Part shown: piece after piece, positions 8,460 through 18,315 of the stretch
How positions within the stretch are numbered: position 1 is the stretch's first letter
Layout: every line of letters starts with the position of its first letter
Assembly: GCA_965219685.1 (NCBI GenBank)
Contig: CBDCOH010000002.1
Span: 3,360,001-3,424,000, forward strand
DNA: 64,000 bases
Reading direction: 5' to 3'
Source of the DNA: Candidatus Spongiisociaceae bacterium
GTDB taxonomy: Bacteria > Actinomycetota > Acidimicrobiia > Spongiisociales > Spongiisociaceae
Translations under genes and position numbers: made by a program
Notes under the pieces: generated by a model
Database searches by the model: none
Told to the model about the DNA's origin: nothing
The model's input: only the letters and a program-made list of their open reading frames with translations

Positions 8460-10022
8460 TCAAGGTAGGGCCCGCCCGGCCAAGACGCCGGTAGGGTTGC
8501 CGTTCTCAACCGCGATCCGGCCGTTGACCAGCACGTGTTCGATTCCCTCCGGATGGCTCTTGGGAACGTCGTAGGTGGCGGTGTCCGTTACGAGATCCGG
8601 GTCGAAGACCACCACGTCGGCTGCCTTGCCCGGCTGAATGAGACCGCGGTCTGTGAAGCCGAAGCGGGACGCCGGAAGGCCCGTCATCCGGTTGACCAGG
8701 TCCTCCAGCGGGTTTCCGTACCGTCTCCTCAGCGGACCCAACACCTTCGGGAAGGTGCCGTACGCCCTTGGATGCGGCTTGTCGCCCGCCAGGATGCTGT
8801 CGCTGCTGACCGCGTAGTCCTCCCGTTCGAGCAGCTTCATGTATTTCTCGCTGCCCGCTTCGACCACTTCGTCGGGAGGAGGGGGCATGCGATGGCCCAC
8901 CTCCAGGTTCTCCTCCAGGAGGATCTGGCAGACGAACTCCTCGCATGTCTCGAAGCCGCGCGCCTCGGTCGCCTCCGGGATGGTGAGGCCGACCAGATGG
9001 TTGTTGATCGCAGAAGGGGCGTGGCTGATCATCATGTCGCCCCATGACATGATCCGGTTGGCGATCCGCACGCCTGATACCTCGCCCTCCATCCGCTCGC
9101 GCTGCACCGGATCGGCCAAGCGCTCGAGGATCTCGTCGGGACCGCCCACCTGGGCCCAGGGCGGTAGGAAGGCCATGAGCGTGCTCGACCCCGAGAAGTA
9201 CGGGTACGCGTCGAAGGTCACATCGAGGCCGTCGGCTTTAGCGCGGTCGACCATCGAGATGTCCCAGCCGGGGCCGAAGTGGGTCAAGTGGAGCCCGATG
9301 CCCGACCCTCTGGCTACGTCCATGGCCTCCTGTACGGGATCGAACGGTTCCTCCCGGAAAATGGTGCGGAGGTGCGGGGCGAACACGCCGTCCGCGGCCG
9401 GGCGGCATAACTCGATCAACTCCTGCGTGTCCGAGTAGACCTGCGGGTAGTAGGCCAGCCCGGTGGAGAACCCGACCCCCCACTCCTCCATCCCCCGCTC
9501 GACCAGACGCTGGGCCAGCCTCAGGTCTTCGCCGACCAGCGGGGTGTCCTCCATTCCCACGACCTGCAGGCGGATCGCTCCATGGGGGATCAGGTAAGCG
9601 GTGTTGATGGCCACATGCCCGTCGAAGCGGTCCCGGTACTCAGCCACGCTCGACCAGTCCCAGCCCACGTCCAAGCTGGTGTTGAGGCCTGCCAGGTACC
9701 GGCGGTAGAGCTGGAGTTTGTCGGGGGACAGGGGCGCGTACGAGAGGCCGTCCTGGCCCAGCACCTCGGTCGTGATCCCCTGCAGGAGCTTCGGGGCGTG
9801 CTGCGGATCGGCGAGGAGCATCACGTCGGAGTGAGCGTGGGAATCGATGAACCCAGGCGCCACCACCTTCCCGCCCGCCTCGATGGTCACCTCGGAATCA
9901 ACGCCGGCGAGCCGGTCAACCGCCTCTATGAAGCCGCCCGCTATCCCGACGTCAACGGACCGGGCGGGTCCGCCGGATCCGTCGATTACGGCCCCGTCCC
10001 GGATTATCACGTCAAAGTTCAT
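8460..10022 (-). CDS. N-acyl-D-amino-acid deacylase family amidohydrolase
   Basis: APGFIDSHAHSD, QGITTEVLGQDG, HPRAYGTFPKVL, ADVVVFDP. Confidence 0.9.
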   Translation of the reverse strand: MNFDVIIRDGAVIDGSGGPARSVDVGIAGGFIEAVDRLAGVDSEVTIEAGGKVVAPGFIDSHAHSDVMLLADPQHAPKLLQGITTEVLGQDGLSYAPLSPDKLQLYRRYLAGLNTSLDVGWDWSSVAEYRDRFDGHVAINTAYLIPHGAIRLQVVGMEDTPLVGEDLRLAQRLVERGMEEWGVGFSTGLAYYPQVYSDTQELIELCRPAADGVFAPHLRTIFREEPFDPVQEAMDVARGSGIGLHLTHFGPGWDISMVDRAKADGLDVTFDAYPYFSGSSTLMAFLPPWAQVGGPDEILERLADPVQRERMEGEVSGVRIANRIMSWGDMMISHAPSAINNHLVGLTIPEATEARGFETCEEFVCQILLEENLEVGHRMPPPPDEVVEAGSEKYMKLLEREDYAVSSDSILAGDKPHPRAYGTFPKVLGPLRRRYGNPLEDLVNRMTGLPASRFGFTDRGLIQPGKAADVVVFDPDLVTDTATYDVPKSHPEGIEHVLVNGRIAVENGNPTGVLAGRALP

Positions 10023-10033
10023 TGCGTTCGCCC

Positions 10034-10075
10034 GTTGCCAGTTGCCAGTTGCCAGTTGCCAGTTGCCAGTTGCCA
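10034..10075 (+). repeat. Heptamer tandem array (GTTGCCA)6
   Basis: Six perfect units ending 11 nt upstream of the deacylase ATG. Confidence 0.95.
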
Positions 10076-10174
10076 GTCAGGCTACCCGTTCACCGCTACC
10101 CGAGCACTGCTCAGCCCAGGCCAAGTGCCCGTTCCTGTGGAGGGCCGCTTGGGTTCTCCGAATCGCAGTCCGGA

Positions 10175-10216
10175 TCACGAACCACCAGCCGCCGATCACC
10201 CGCCACCAACCACCGG
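10175..10216 (-). repeat. Degenerate heptamer array GGTGGTT/GGTGATC containing the oppF stop
   Basis: Minus strand GGTGGTT GGTGGCG GGTGATC GGCGGCT GGTGGTT CGTGATC. Confidence 0.65.
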
Positions 10217-11263
10217 TATCCCATCCAGGATGCACCTGACCCGGCGACCATTCGCCCCCGTCGCCCGGAGGGACTGGGGCTCGAGGCACTCCGCCCGCGA
10301 GTATGGGCAGCGGGGCTCGAACCGGCAGCCCGGCGGCACCGTGGCCACGTCCAGGGCTTCGCCGCGAATCACCTCGCCCCGTTGGTCGGCCCGGAGCTTG
10401 GGACGGGGAACGCTCTCGATAAGGGCCTTCGTGTACGGGTGGCGGGGCCGGGCGAACACATCGGCAGTGGTCCCGCTCTCGACTATCTGGCCCGCGTACA
10501 TGACCGCCACCCGCTCGCTGAGATGGCTGACGACCCGCAGGTCATGCGAGATGAACAGGTAGGCCATGCCCAGTTCCTGCTGCAGGCGCTTCAGCAGGTT
10601 GAGGATCTGCGCCTGAACCGACACGTCCAGTGCCGAGGTCGGCTCGTCCGCCACTATCAGCTTCGGGCGCAGCGCGATGGCGCGGGCGATGCATACCCGC
10701 TGGGCCTGGCCGCCGCTCAACTCGTGTGGGAAGCGGTCCGCGATGGTGGCGGGAAGGCCGACTGTACCCAGCAGATCGATCACCGTATCGAGCGCCTCCG
10801 TCGCGTTCCGGACCTCCCCATGCGTGCGGAGGGGATGGGCGACGGCTTGCAGGACGGAGTGCCTGGGGTTGAGCGAGGACAGCGGATCCTGGAAGATCAG
10901 CTGCATCTGGCGGCGCGTCCTTCGCAGTTCCGCCTTCTCGAGATCGAGAAGGCGGACTCCATCGAATTCGATCGCTCCCGAATCGGGCCGTTCGAGGGCG
11001 AGGAGCAACCGACCGACCGTCGTCTTGCCCGACCCGCTCTCGCCGACCAGTCCCAACGTCTCGCCCGACCGGATGGCCAGGCTGACATCGTCGCAGGCCC
11101 TGACGACAGGGGCGGGGCGCCGCAGCGCGATATCGCTAAGCGGGCGCGGCAACGGGTAGTACTTCTTGAGGCCCTTGATGGTGACGAGGGGTCGCTCGCT
11201 CGCCACGGAGTCCTCCATGACCCTACGCCGCCCGCCGCCGACCGGGGACGAGTCGACCGTCAT
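10196..11263 (-). CDS. Oligopeptide/dipeptide ABC transporter ATP-binding protein (OppF/DppF-like)
   Basis: GESGSGKT, IFQDP, LSGGQ, ADEPTSALD, HPYT, CRFEPRC; ATGA overlap with the upstream ATPase. Confidence 0.93.
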   Translation of the reverse strand: MTVDSSPVGGGRRRVMEDSVASERPLVTIKGLKKYYPLPRPLSDIALRRPAPVVRACDDVSLAIRSGETLGLVGESGSGKTTVGRLLLALERPDSGAIEFDGVRLLDLEKAELRRTRRQMQLIFQDPLSSLNPRHSVLQAVAHPLRTHGEVRNATEALDTVIDLLGTVGLPATIADRFPHELSGGQAQRVCIARAIALRPKLIVADEPTSALDVSVQAQILNLLKRLQQELGMAYLFISHDLRVVSHLSERVAVMYAGQIVESGTTADVFARPRHPYTKALIESVPRPKLRADQRGEVIRGEALDVATVPPGCRFEPRCPYSRAECLEPQSLRATGANGRRVRCILDGIPVVGGG

Positions 11264-12324
11264 GCCCCGGCCTCCGGGGCATCGTAGAAGCAGGCCACCC
11301 GGTGGTGCTCGCCCACCTCCCGGAGGGGTGGGCGCTCGGTGGCGCACCGCGGGTCGAGCCGGTGCGGGCACCTGTCGAAGAAGGCGCACCCTGCGAACGG
11401 CTCGGTCAGGTCCGGCATGGAGCCCTTCATGGTGACCAGCCACTCGTTATCGTCGTCCAGGTCGGGTGTCGATGCCAGCAGCCCTTGCGTGTATGGATGC
11501 CGGGGATCGGTGAACAGATCCTGCACCCGGGCCTCTTCGACGATCCGGCCGGCATACATGACATAGACCCGGTCGCAATTCTCGGCCACCAGCCCGATGT
11601 CGTGGGTGATCAGGAGCAGACCCATCTGCATCTCCTGCTGCAAGTCGGCGATCAGCTCGAGCACCTGTGCCTCGATGGTCACATCAAGGGCGGTGGTGGG
11701 TTCGTCGGCGATCAGCAGCGACGGGCTCCACGCCAGCCCGGCGGCGATCATCACCCTCTGGCGCAGGCCGCCGCTGAACTCGTGCGGGAAGCTCCTCACC
11801 CGGCGACCCGCGCCCGGGATGCGGACCTTCCGGAACAACTCGACGACCCGGACCTTGACGCGCCTGGCCATCCGGCGAAGGCGGTGCAGTGCCAGCAGTT
11901 CGTCGAGCACCACGACCAGCCTCATACGGCCGGGCTGGTGGACCCTCATCCCGTCCGCCACCTGCTCGCCCACCCGCAGGACGGGATTGAGGCTGCTCAT
12001 CGGATCCTGGAAGATCATGGCGATGTCCCGACCCCGGATATTGCGGATCGCCTCGGCTGATTGGCTCCGCAGGTCCACCCCGTTGAAGACGATCCGTCCA
12101 GACTCGATCCGGCCGGGTCGGGTTGTCAGGCCCATGACGGCCAGCGCCGTCTGGCTCTTGCCGGACCCGGACTCGCCGACCAGCCCCACCGCCTCGCCCT
12201 TCGCGATCTTGAGGTCTATGTCGTCCACGGCCCGCACCACGCCGCTGCGGGTGTAGAAGTAGACCCGCAGGTCCTCCACGCTCAGTACTGCCCCGCCGTT
12301 AGCGGACCTGTCCGGTGACGTCAT
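11260..12324 (-). CDS. Oligopeptide/dipeptide ABC transporter ATP-binding protein (OppD/DppD-like)
   Basis: GESGSGKS, IFQDPMSSLNP, FSGGLRQR, ADEPTTALD, HPYT. Confidence 0.93.
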   Translation of the reverse strand: MTSPDRSANGGAVLSVEDLRVYFYTRSGVVRAVDDIDLKIAKGEAVGLVGESGSGKSQTALAVMGLTTRPGRIESGRIVFNGVDLRSQSAEAIRNIRGRDIAMIFQDPMSSLNPVLRVGEQVADGMRVHQPGRMRLVVVLDELLALHRLRRMARRVKVRVVELFRKVRIPGAGRRVRSFPHEFSGGLRQRVMIAAGLAWSPSLLIADEPTTALDVTIEAQVLELIADLQQEMQMGLLLITHDIGLVAENCDRVYVMYAGRIVEEARVQDLFTDPRHPYTQGLLASTPDLDDDNEWLVTMKGSMPDLTEPFAGCAFFDRCPHRLDPRCATERPPLREVGEHHRVACFYDAPEAGA

Positions 12325-12331
12325 ATCAGCT

Positions 12332-13240
12332 TCACCTGATGTCCCGCATGCGGGGGTCGAGGGCGTCCCTCAATCCGTCGCCCAGGATGTTGAATCCGAT
12401 CACGCCCCAGCTGATTGCAAGGCCGGGGAAGACCACCGTCCATGACGCCACCGAGATGAACGAGCGGGACTCGCTAAGCATCCTGCCCCAACTCGGCTCC
12501 GGCGGCTGGGTACCGAGCCCGACGAAGCTCAGGCCGGCCTCGGCGATCAGGGTGCCGCCGAATCCGAGGGTCATGACCACCAGGACCGGGACGAAACTGT
12601 TGGCGAGCACCTGGCGGACCATGATGGACACGGGACCGTCGCCGATGGCCCGGGCGGCGGTCACGTAGTCCTGTTCGCGCACTTCCAGGACCGAACTCCT
12701 CACCAGCCGGGCGTATCCGGGTATGCCGGGCAACGCGAGGGCGATGATCACATTCCACACGCCCGGACCCAGGAAGGCTACGACCATCAGCGCCAGCACC
12801 AGCCAGGGGATGGCCTGCAGGATGTCCATCAACCTCATTATCAACTGATCGACCTTGCGCCCGACGAATCCGGCCACCAGACCGAGCACACCTCCGGCCG
12901 TTACGGCCAGCAACACCGCGGCCACCGAGATGACCAGGGCCTTCCTCCCACCCCAGATCACCCGGCTCAGCACGTCGCGCCCGAAGTCGTCGGTGCCGAA
13001 GGGATAGTCCCAGCCGGGTGGGGTGAACTGGGGGCCATGGTCAGGAATCACCGGATCGTACGGCGCGATGATCGGCGCGAAGAGGGACACAATCACCATG
13101 CCGAGGACGAGAACGAGTCCGACCAGGGCCCTCCGGGTGTGAAGGATCGTCGAGAGCACTTTTAGGGCCCTCGCCCTGCGGGTGGTCCGGACGATCGACA
13201 CCTCCCGCGCAGCTGCCTGCTCGCTGCCGGTACCGGTCAC
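12332..13240 (-). CDS. Peptide ABC transporter permease (OppC-like)
   Basis: PFGTDDFGRD, YVTAARAIG, EAGLSFVGLG, GDGLRDALDP. Confidence 0.93.
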   Translation of the reverse strand: MTGTGSEQAAAREVSIVRTTRRARALKVLSTILHTRRALVGLVLVLGMVIVSLFAPIIAPYDPVIPDHGPQFTPPGWDYPFGTDDFGRDVLSRVIWGGRKALVISVAAVLLAVTAGGVLGLVAGFVGRKVDQLIMRLMDILQAIPWLVLALMVVAFLGPGVWNVIIALALPGIPGYARLVRSSVLEVREQDYVTAARAIGDGPVSIMVRQVLANSFVPVLVVMTLGFGGTLIAEAGLSFVGLGTQPPEPSWGRMLSESRSFISVASWTVVFPGLAISWGVIGFNILGDGLRDALDPRMRDIR

Positions 13241-14193
13241 TCGAGCCTCACCTTGGGGTTGAGAACCGGGTAGAGCAGGTCGGTGACCAGGTTCACCAGG
13301 GAGAACGAGATGGCGAAGAAGAAGACCGCCGCTTGGATCACGATGTAGTCGCGCGACGAGACGGCTTCGAGGAACAGCCGTCCTACCCCTGGCAGGGTGA
13401 ACACCACCTCCACGAAGATCAGGCCGGAGATCAGGTCCGCTACATGGAGACCGATGACGGTGACGGTGGGGATGAGGGCGTTGCGCAGCGCGTGGCGGAT
13501 GTTGACCACACTGGACGGTAGACCCTTGGCGCGGGCGGCCAGCACGTAGGGCCTCCGGAGTTCCTCCAGGGTGCTGGACCGGAGCAGGCGGCTGATGGAG
13601 GCCGCGCTGTACATGCCCACCGCCAACGAAGGAAGCAACAGGCTGTGAGCGGTCCCCAGCGGATCGCCGAGCGGGTCTATTCCCAGGCTGCCGATAATCG
13701 GAAACCAGCCGAGCCAGAGCCCTCCCGTCAGCAGGAGCAGCATGGCCAGGTAGAAACTGGGCAGGGCAACGCCAACCAACGAGGCGAGGGAGGAAACGCC
13801 GTCGAGCCAGGTTCGATGGTTGAACGCGCCAGTCATACCCAGCGACATCCCGATCAGCACCGTGAACGCCAACGACATGACGGCAAGCGGGACCGTTACT
13901 CGCAGACCACGTCTGAGGATCTCGAAGGCGGGCTGGCCGGAGTAGAGAGAGTTACCCAGGTCACCCTTCACCGCGCCGGTCACGAACACCCAGTACTGCT
14001 CGACCAAGGGCTTGTCCAGACCGTGTTGGCGCCGGAACTCCTCGGCCAACTCCGGATGCTCCCGCGCCATCTCGCCGTACCTGATGAGGGCCGGGTCACC
14101 GCCGATGGCCCGGATAAGGAAGAAGACGAGCGTGGTCACCCCGACCGTGACCACGAGCGCCCACGCCAGCCGACGGACTATGTAGGAGCCCAC
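13237..14193 (-). CDS. Peptide ABC transporter permease (OppB-like)
   Basis: YIVRRL, GDLGNS, ARAKGL, HALRNALIP, DLLYPVLNPKVR. Confidence 0.93.
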   Translation of the reverse strand: MGSYIVRRLAWALVVTVGVTTLVFFLIRAIGGDPALIRYGEMAREHPELAEEFRRQHGLDKPLVEQYWVFVTGAVKGDLGNSLYSGQPAFEILRRGLRVTVPLAVMSLAFTVLIGMSLGMTGAFNHRTWLDGVSSLASLVGVALPSFYLAMLLLLTGGLWLGWFPIIGSLGIDPLGDPLGTAHSLLLPSLAVGMYSAASISRLLRSSTLEELRRPYVLAARAKGLPSSVVNIRHALRNALIPTVTVIGLHVADLISGLIFVEVVFTLPGVGRLFLEAVSSRDYIVIQAAVFFFAISFSLVNLVTDLLYPVLNPKVRLE

Positions 14194-14304
14194 GCCTCAA
14201 CCATCGTCAGATTGCACGCCGAACACGACATCCTCCCCGCCCGACGACCAACTCGCTGGTCGACGAGCGGCGGGAGAGATGTGGTGGATTGTGATGGACG
14301 CCTG

Positions 14305-16083
14305 CTATGCCTCGATCCAGGCCGTTTCCCAGCGTTGCTGCTGTTCGGGGAACATTGGGAAGCCCTTGACCTTGTTGGACATGGCGACCGCGTACGGCGC
14401 CGCCACGATAGCGATGAAGGTCGCACCCTCGTTGAGGTACTTGTTCCAAGCCATCGAGTAGAGCCTCCCGCGCTCGTCGACATCGGCAACGGCGCTTGCC
14501 TCCGAGATCCATGCCGAGATCTCGGGGTCGGTGTAGCCGGTGACGTCGCCTTCCCCGATGAACCGTGAACGCGGCCCGGGATCCATGAAGCTGATGGAGG
14601 CGCTGTTGGCCATCTGCCAGTCCTGCTGTGACCAGCGGTTGGCCCAGAACCCCTCCTCCAGTGCCGCGACCGTGGCGTTGATCCCGACCGCCTGCAGGTC
14701 GGCGGCCACCGACTCGGCGACCTTCTTGATGTGCGCCACGTCGTGTGCCGTCAACTCGAGATCGAATCCGAGTACTCCCTCAGCTTCCAGGATCGCCCGC
14801 GCCCCCTCCGGGTCGTAGGGCGGCGGGGTGATGTTGAGCGGGACATTGGACAGCGGCGGCACGTTGGTGTAGGCCGGCGCACCCAAGCCGAAGAGAGCCC
14901 GCTCGTTGGCAGCGTCCCGGTTGATCGACATGGCAATGGCCCGCCGCACGTTCGGGTTGTCGAGTGGCGGATACCTCGGGCTGATCCGGAACCAGTCCAC
15001 CCATGTGGAGGGCAGTACCTGGACGTTGATCGAATCGTCGGCCTGCAGGGCGGGGATCTCCACTCGCGGAGGGTTCCTGATCCAGTCGACTTCGCCGGCC
15101 CGGAGAGCCGCCAGACGGCTGGTCTCGTCCGGGATGGGGATCATGCGGATCTCATCGAGGATCGGCAGGTCCTCCTCCCAGTAGTTGGGGTTCTTCTCCA
15201 TGATCGTCACCACATCCGGGATGTGCTCCTTGAAGCGGAAGGGTCCCGTACCCACCGGGTAGCTGTTGATGTCGGCGATGGCCTCCTGCGGCATGATCGC
15301 GTTGACATGCACGAAGAACAGTTCCTCGAGGCGGGGATGGGGCTGATGGAGCGTGATGTGGATCGTGTGCGAGTCGGTGGCCTCGATGCTCTTGAAGAGG
15401 CTCTCATCGGTCTCCGCATTCACGAACGAGGCCCGGTACGCCGAACCTGTCTCCGGATTCAGCACGCGCATCGTGCTGTAGATGACGTCGTCGGCGGTCA
15501 TCTCCCGTCCGTTGTGGAAGTAGACCCCGCGCCGGACGTTGAAGGTCCACTCCATGAAGTCGTCGCTGAACTCCCAGCTCATCGCCTGCTCCGGAACGTG
15601 CCGGTAGGTAACCGGATCGAGATCCGACAGGCCGCGGAAGATCTGCGAGGGTGCCCACGCGTCCGTGAGGTTGAACTGCTTGTGGTAGTCGAAGTTCTGT
15701 ATCGACCCATCGATCCCCAGCCTGATGTTCTGCGGCGGCAGCTCGGGTTCGGGTGGCGGAGGGGGCGCCGTCGTACCGGGAGCAACCGTCACGGTGGTGG
15801 TCGAAGCCTCGGTGAGGGCCGTCGTGGTGTCGGCTGCCATCGCCTCGGTGGTCGTGGGCGCCGCCGTGGTCGGTGCCGCCGTCGTGGGTGCGGCAGTGGT
15901 GGGGGCTGCCGTTGCAGGGGCCGCGGTATCGGGAGCCGGAGCGTCCTCCCCGCACGCCGCCGCCAGTGAACCAGCCGCTACCAGCGAACCTCCGTAGCCC
16001 ATCCACTTCAGGAATGTCCGTCGATCTACAGGGGATCCGCGCCCGGGATCCTCGGGTCGCGTCTCTTCACTTCTACTAGCCAT
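14305..16083 (-). CDS. Family 5 ABC substrate-binding lipoprotein with Tat signal and PTTAA stalk
   Basis: DRRTFLK Tat motif, LAAAC lipobox, (PTTAA)n, GVYFHNGREMTADDV, PVGTGPF, VRRAIAMSINR. Confidence 0.92.
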   Translation of the reverse strand: MASRSEETRPEDPGRGSPVDRRTFLKWMGYGGSLVAAGSLAAACGEDAPAPDTAAPATAAPTTAAPTTAAPTTAAPTTTEAMAADTTTALTEASTTTVTVAPGTTAPPPPPEPELPPQNIRLGIDGSIQNFDYHKQFNLTDAWAPSQIFRGLSDLDPVTYRHVPEQAMSWEFSDDFMEWTFNVRRGVYFHNGREMTADDVIYSTMRVLNPETGSAYRASFVNAETDESLFKSIEATDSHTIHITLHQPHPRLEELFFVHVNAIMPQEAIADINSYPVGTGPFRFKEHIPDVVTIMEKNPNYWEEDLPILDEIRMIPIPDETSRLAALRAGEVDWIRNPPRVEIPALQADDSINVQVLPSTWVDWFRISPRYPPLDNPNVRRAIAMSINRDAANERALFGLGAPAYTNVPPLSNVPLNITPPPYDPEGARAILEAEGVLGFDLELTAHDVAHIKKVAESVAADLQAVGINATVAALEEGFWANRWSQQDWQMANSASISFMDPGPRSRFIGEGDVTGYTDPEISAWISEASAVADVDERGRLYSMAWNKYLNEGATFIAIVAAPYAVAMSNKVKGFPMFPEQQQRWETAWIEA

Positions 16084-16345
16084 GGATTCTCCTCCCGGGT
16101 TTCCCCAATCCACCCACCGCGGCTGATCCTCGGCGTGCCCGGGCCACGGCGCAGGCGACTGGAGTGCGCTCGACGTGGATCTCCTAGATACCTCCCTTGC
16201 AACGACCGGGCACTACTCGCTTCTGACTCTAGGAGCCAGCAAAAAGGACCGTCAACCAAAACTCCGGCTTTTCGCTTATCCACGCGGCACCGAACCGAAT
16301 CATCCACCTCGGTATCGTGAGACCAAGTCGGAAGGTGAGCGACAA

Positions 16346-17479
16346 GTGAGCAGATACAGCAACGACCCCTACCGGACACTTCTCGGTCTGCGACCGTTCA
16401 TAAACGCGTCGGGAAACTCCACCACGCTCGGGGGCAGTGTCATGCCCGGCAAGGTGGTCGACGCAATGGCCGCCGCGGCCCGATCCTTCATCGATCTGAA
16501 CGCCCTGCACGAGAAGGCGGGAGAGAAGTTGGCCGAGATGATCGGTGTAGAAGCCGCCTTCATTTCGTGCGGCGCTTCCAGCGGCGTGGCGATGTGCGCC
16601 GCCGCCTGCATGACCGGAGGAGACCCGGAAAGGGTTGCAAGCCTGCCGCATACGGAGGCGTTTGCAGACGAGTTCGTGATCAGCCTCATAGACCCCCACG
16701 TTTTCGTTCACCAGGGCATCGAATCGGTCGGCGGCAAGCTGGTCAGGGTAGGTAGCCGTACCGACGTGACCATCGCCGATATGGTGGCCGCCATTGGTCC
16801 GCGCACCGCGGCCGTGGTGCTGTTCTACGGTCTGCAGTCCCGCCAGGACCTGGCCGAGTTGGCTTCGGCTGCTTCGGCGCTCGGCGTTCCGGTCATCGTC
16901 GACGCCGCCGCCCAGCTCCCGCCCCGTTCCAACCTGACCTCGCTCCTCGATCTGGGAGCTTCCCTGGTCGCCTTCAGCGGCGGCAAGGCGATCAGAGGGC
17001 CGCAGAGCACCGGCCTGGTCCTCGGGCGAGCCGACCTGGTGGAGGCGGTCAGGCTCAACGCCAACCCCTTCACGGCCATCGGCCGCGGCATGAAGGTGGG
17101 CAAGGAGGAGATCGTGGGCCTGCTGGCCGCGGTCGAACTCTTCCTGGCCGCGGATGAAGAGGAGGAACTGGCGGGCTGGCGCCGGGACCTGGAGGGCATC
17201 GCCGCCAGGCTCAACGAACTCGACGGCGTACGCGCCGAGGTCGGATCCAAGGGGCACGCAGCGGCACCCGCCGCAGTCGCTCGTGGGTACGTCACGTTGG
17301 ATCCCGACCGAACACCGCCGGCCGCATCGATCATCGAGGACCTGCTGGCCGGGGAGCCTTCGATAGCGCTACGGGCCGATGCAGACGCCATCGTGATCGA
17401 TCCGATGACCATGCTGCCGGGCGACGCCGAGGTGGTGGCCCGGCGGATGGCGGAAGTTATTGTTGGCGTTAGGCGTTAG
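16346..17479 (+). CDS. SelA-like PLP enzyme (DgaE-type ammonia-lyase family)
   Basis: PFINASGNSTTLGGS, VIVDAAAQ, FSGGKAIRGPQSTG, IGRGMKVGKEEI; about 377 aa, lacking the SelA N-terminal domain. GTG start inferred. Confidence 0.85.
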   Translation: MSRYSNDPYRTLLGLRPFINASGNSTTLGGSVMPGKVVDAMAAAARSFIDLNALHEKAGEKLAEMIGVEAAFISCGASSGVAMCAAACMTGGDPERVASLPHTEAFADEFVISLIDPHVFVHQGIESVGGKLVRVGSRTDVTIADMVAAIGPRTAAVVLFYGLQSRQDLAELASAASALGVPVIVDAAAQLPPRSNLTSLLDLGASLVAFSGGKAIRGPQSTGLVLGRADLVEAVRLNANPFTAIGRGMKVGKEEIVGLLAAVELFLAADEEEELAGWRRDLEGIAARLNELDGVRAEVGSKGHAAAPAAVARGYVTLDPDRTPPAASIIEDLLAGEPSIALRADADAIVIDPMTMLPGDAEVVARRMAEVIVGVRR

Positions 17480-17513
17480 GCGTTAGGCGTTAGGCGTTAG
17501 GCGTTAGGCGTTA
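17465..17513 (+). repeat. Heptamer tandem array (GGCGTTA)7
   Basis: Seven perfect units; supplies GVRR* and the TAG stop of the PLP enzyme. Confidence 0.97.
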
Positions 17514-17590
17514 GGCGGCGGTTGGGCTCTCTCTTCCCTCTCGGCCCGAATCGGTAGCGTTGCGGTTTCCCCGCGTTTTCTTGGCAAATC

Positions 17591-17639
17591 AGTTTGCATT
17601 GCAAACTCTCGGCCTCTAAGGTGGTTTGCAGCACAAACT
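17591..17639. promoter_or_regulatory. Tandem palindromic operators upstream of the membrane protein/wHTH pair
   Basis: Perfect AGTTTGCA-T-TGCAAACT (17591-17607) and a related GGTTTGCAGCACAAACT (17623-17639). Confidence 0.7.
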
Positions 17640-17682
17640 ATGCGGTGGGCCAGGCCCGCCTGACTTGAGACGGAGGTGCATT

Positions 17683-18315
17683 ATGGGAGGACAGGACGGC
17701 GGGACTGCCGCCCTCACGCCTGAAGAGAGTTGGGGCACGATCCACGAAACACTGGACCGGACGCGTAGCTCGATCTACGTCGCCGGAGCGTCGACAATCC
17801 TGATCCTCTGGGGGGTCATAGTCGCTCTCGGATACTTCTGGCAGTACGCCTACCAGACATTGGCCGGCGATCTCTTCGCGGGCCGCCCCTGGATTCCCTT
17901 GCCGATCTGGATAGCACTCGGAATCGGGGGAATGGTGGGAAGCGGCATCATCAGCCACCGCGCCACGCGCAGGCTTGCCCCCGGGGTCGACCTGCGGCAA
18001 GCGGGAATCCGGGTGGGTCTCTTCTGGCTGGCGGTCGTGACCGCGTCGTTCCTCCTTCCGGGCGCGGCCGGTTTGTGGAACGCGGAGTTGGCCGCCCGGA
18101 TACCCTATGTCGTGGTCGGCGTGATAGGACTCGGATACGTCCTGTTCGGCATCATGTTCCGTCCGGCCTTGGCGATGGTGGGTCTGGGTATCGCCGCCTC
18201 CTTCTACCTTCCCAACTACCTGGCCGGCGATGTCGCGCCGGCCTTGTCGGGAGCAGCGACATTGGTGGTGGCAGGACTTGGCTGGGCGTGGATCCGAAGG
18301 ACAGACGTGGCGTGA
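17683..18315 (+). CDS. Hypothetical integral membrane protein
   Basis: GGAGG RBS, ATG 17683, about 6 hydrophobic helices; coupled to the wHTH gene. Confidence 0.8.
   Translation: MGGQDGGTAALTPEESWGTIHETLDRTRSSIYVAGASTILILWGVIVALGYFWQYAYQTLAGDLFAGRPWIPLPIWIALGIGGMVGSGIISHRATRRLAPGVDLRQAGIRVGLFWLAVVTASFLLPGAAGLWNAELAARIPYVVVGVIGLGYVLFGIMFRPALAMVGLGIAASFYLPNYLAGDVAPALSGAATLVVAGLGWAWIRRTDVA

Noticed and set aside
16346-17479. Selenocysteine synthase SelA
   Set aside because: Too short, lacks the tRNA-binding N-terminal domain, no selB/selC/selD nearby, and the Mo enzyme has no in-frame TGA.
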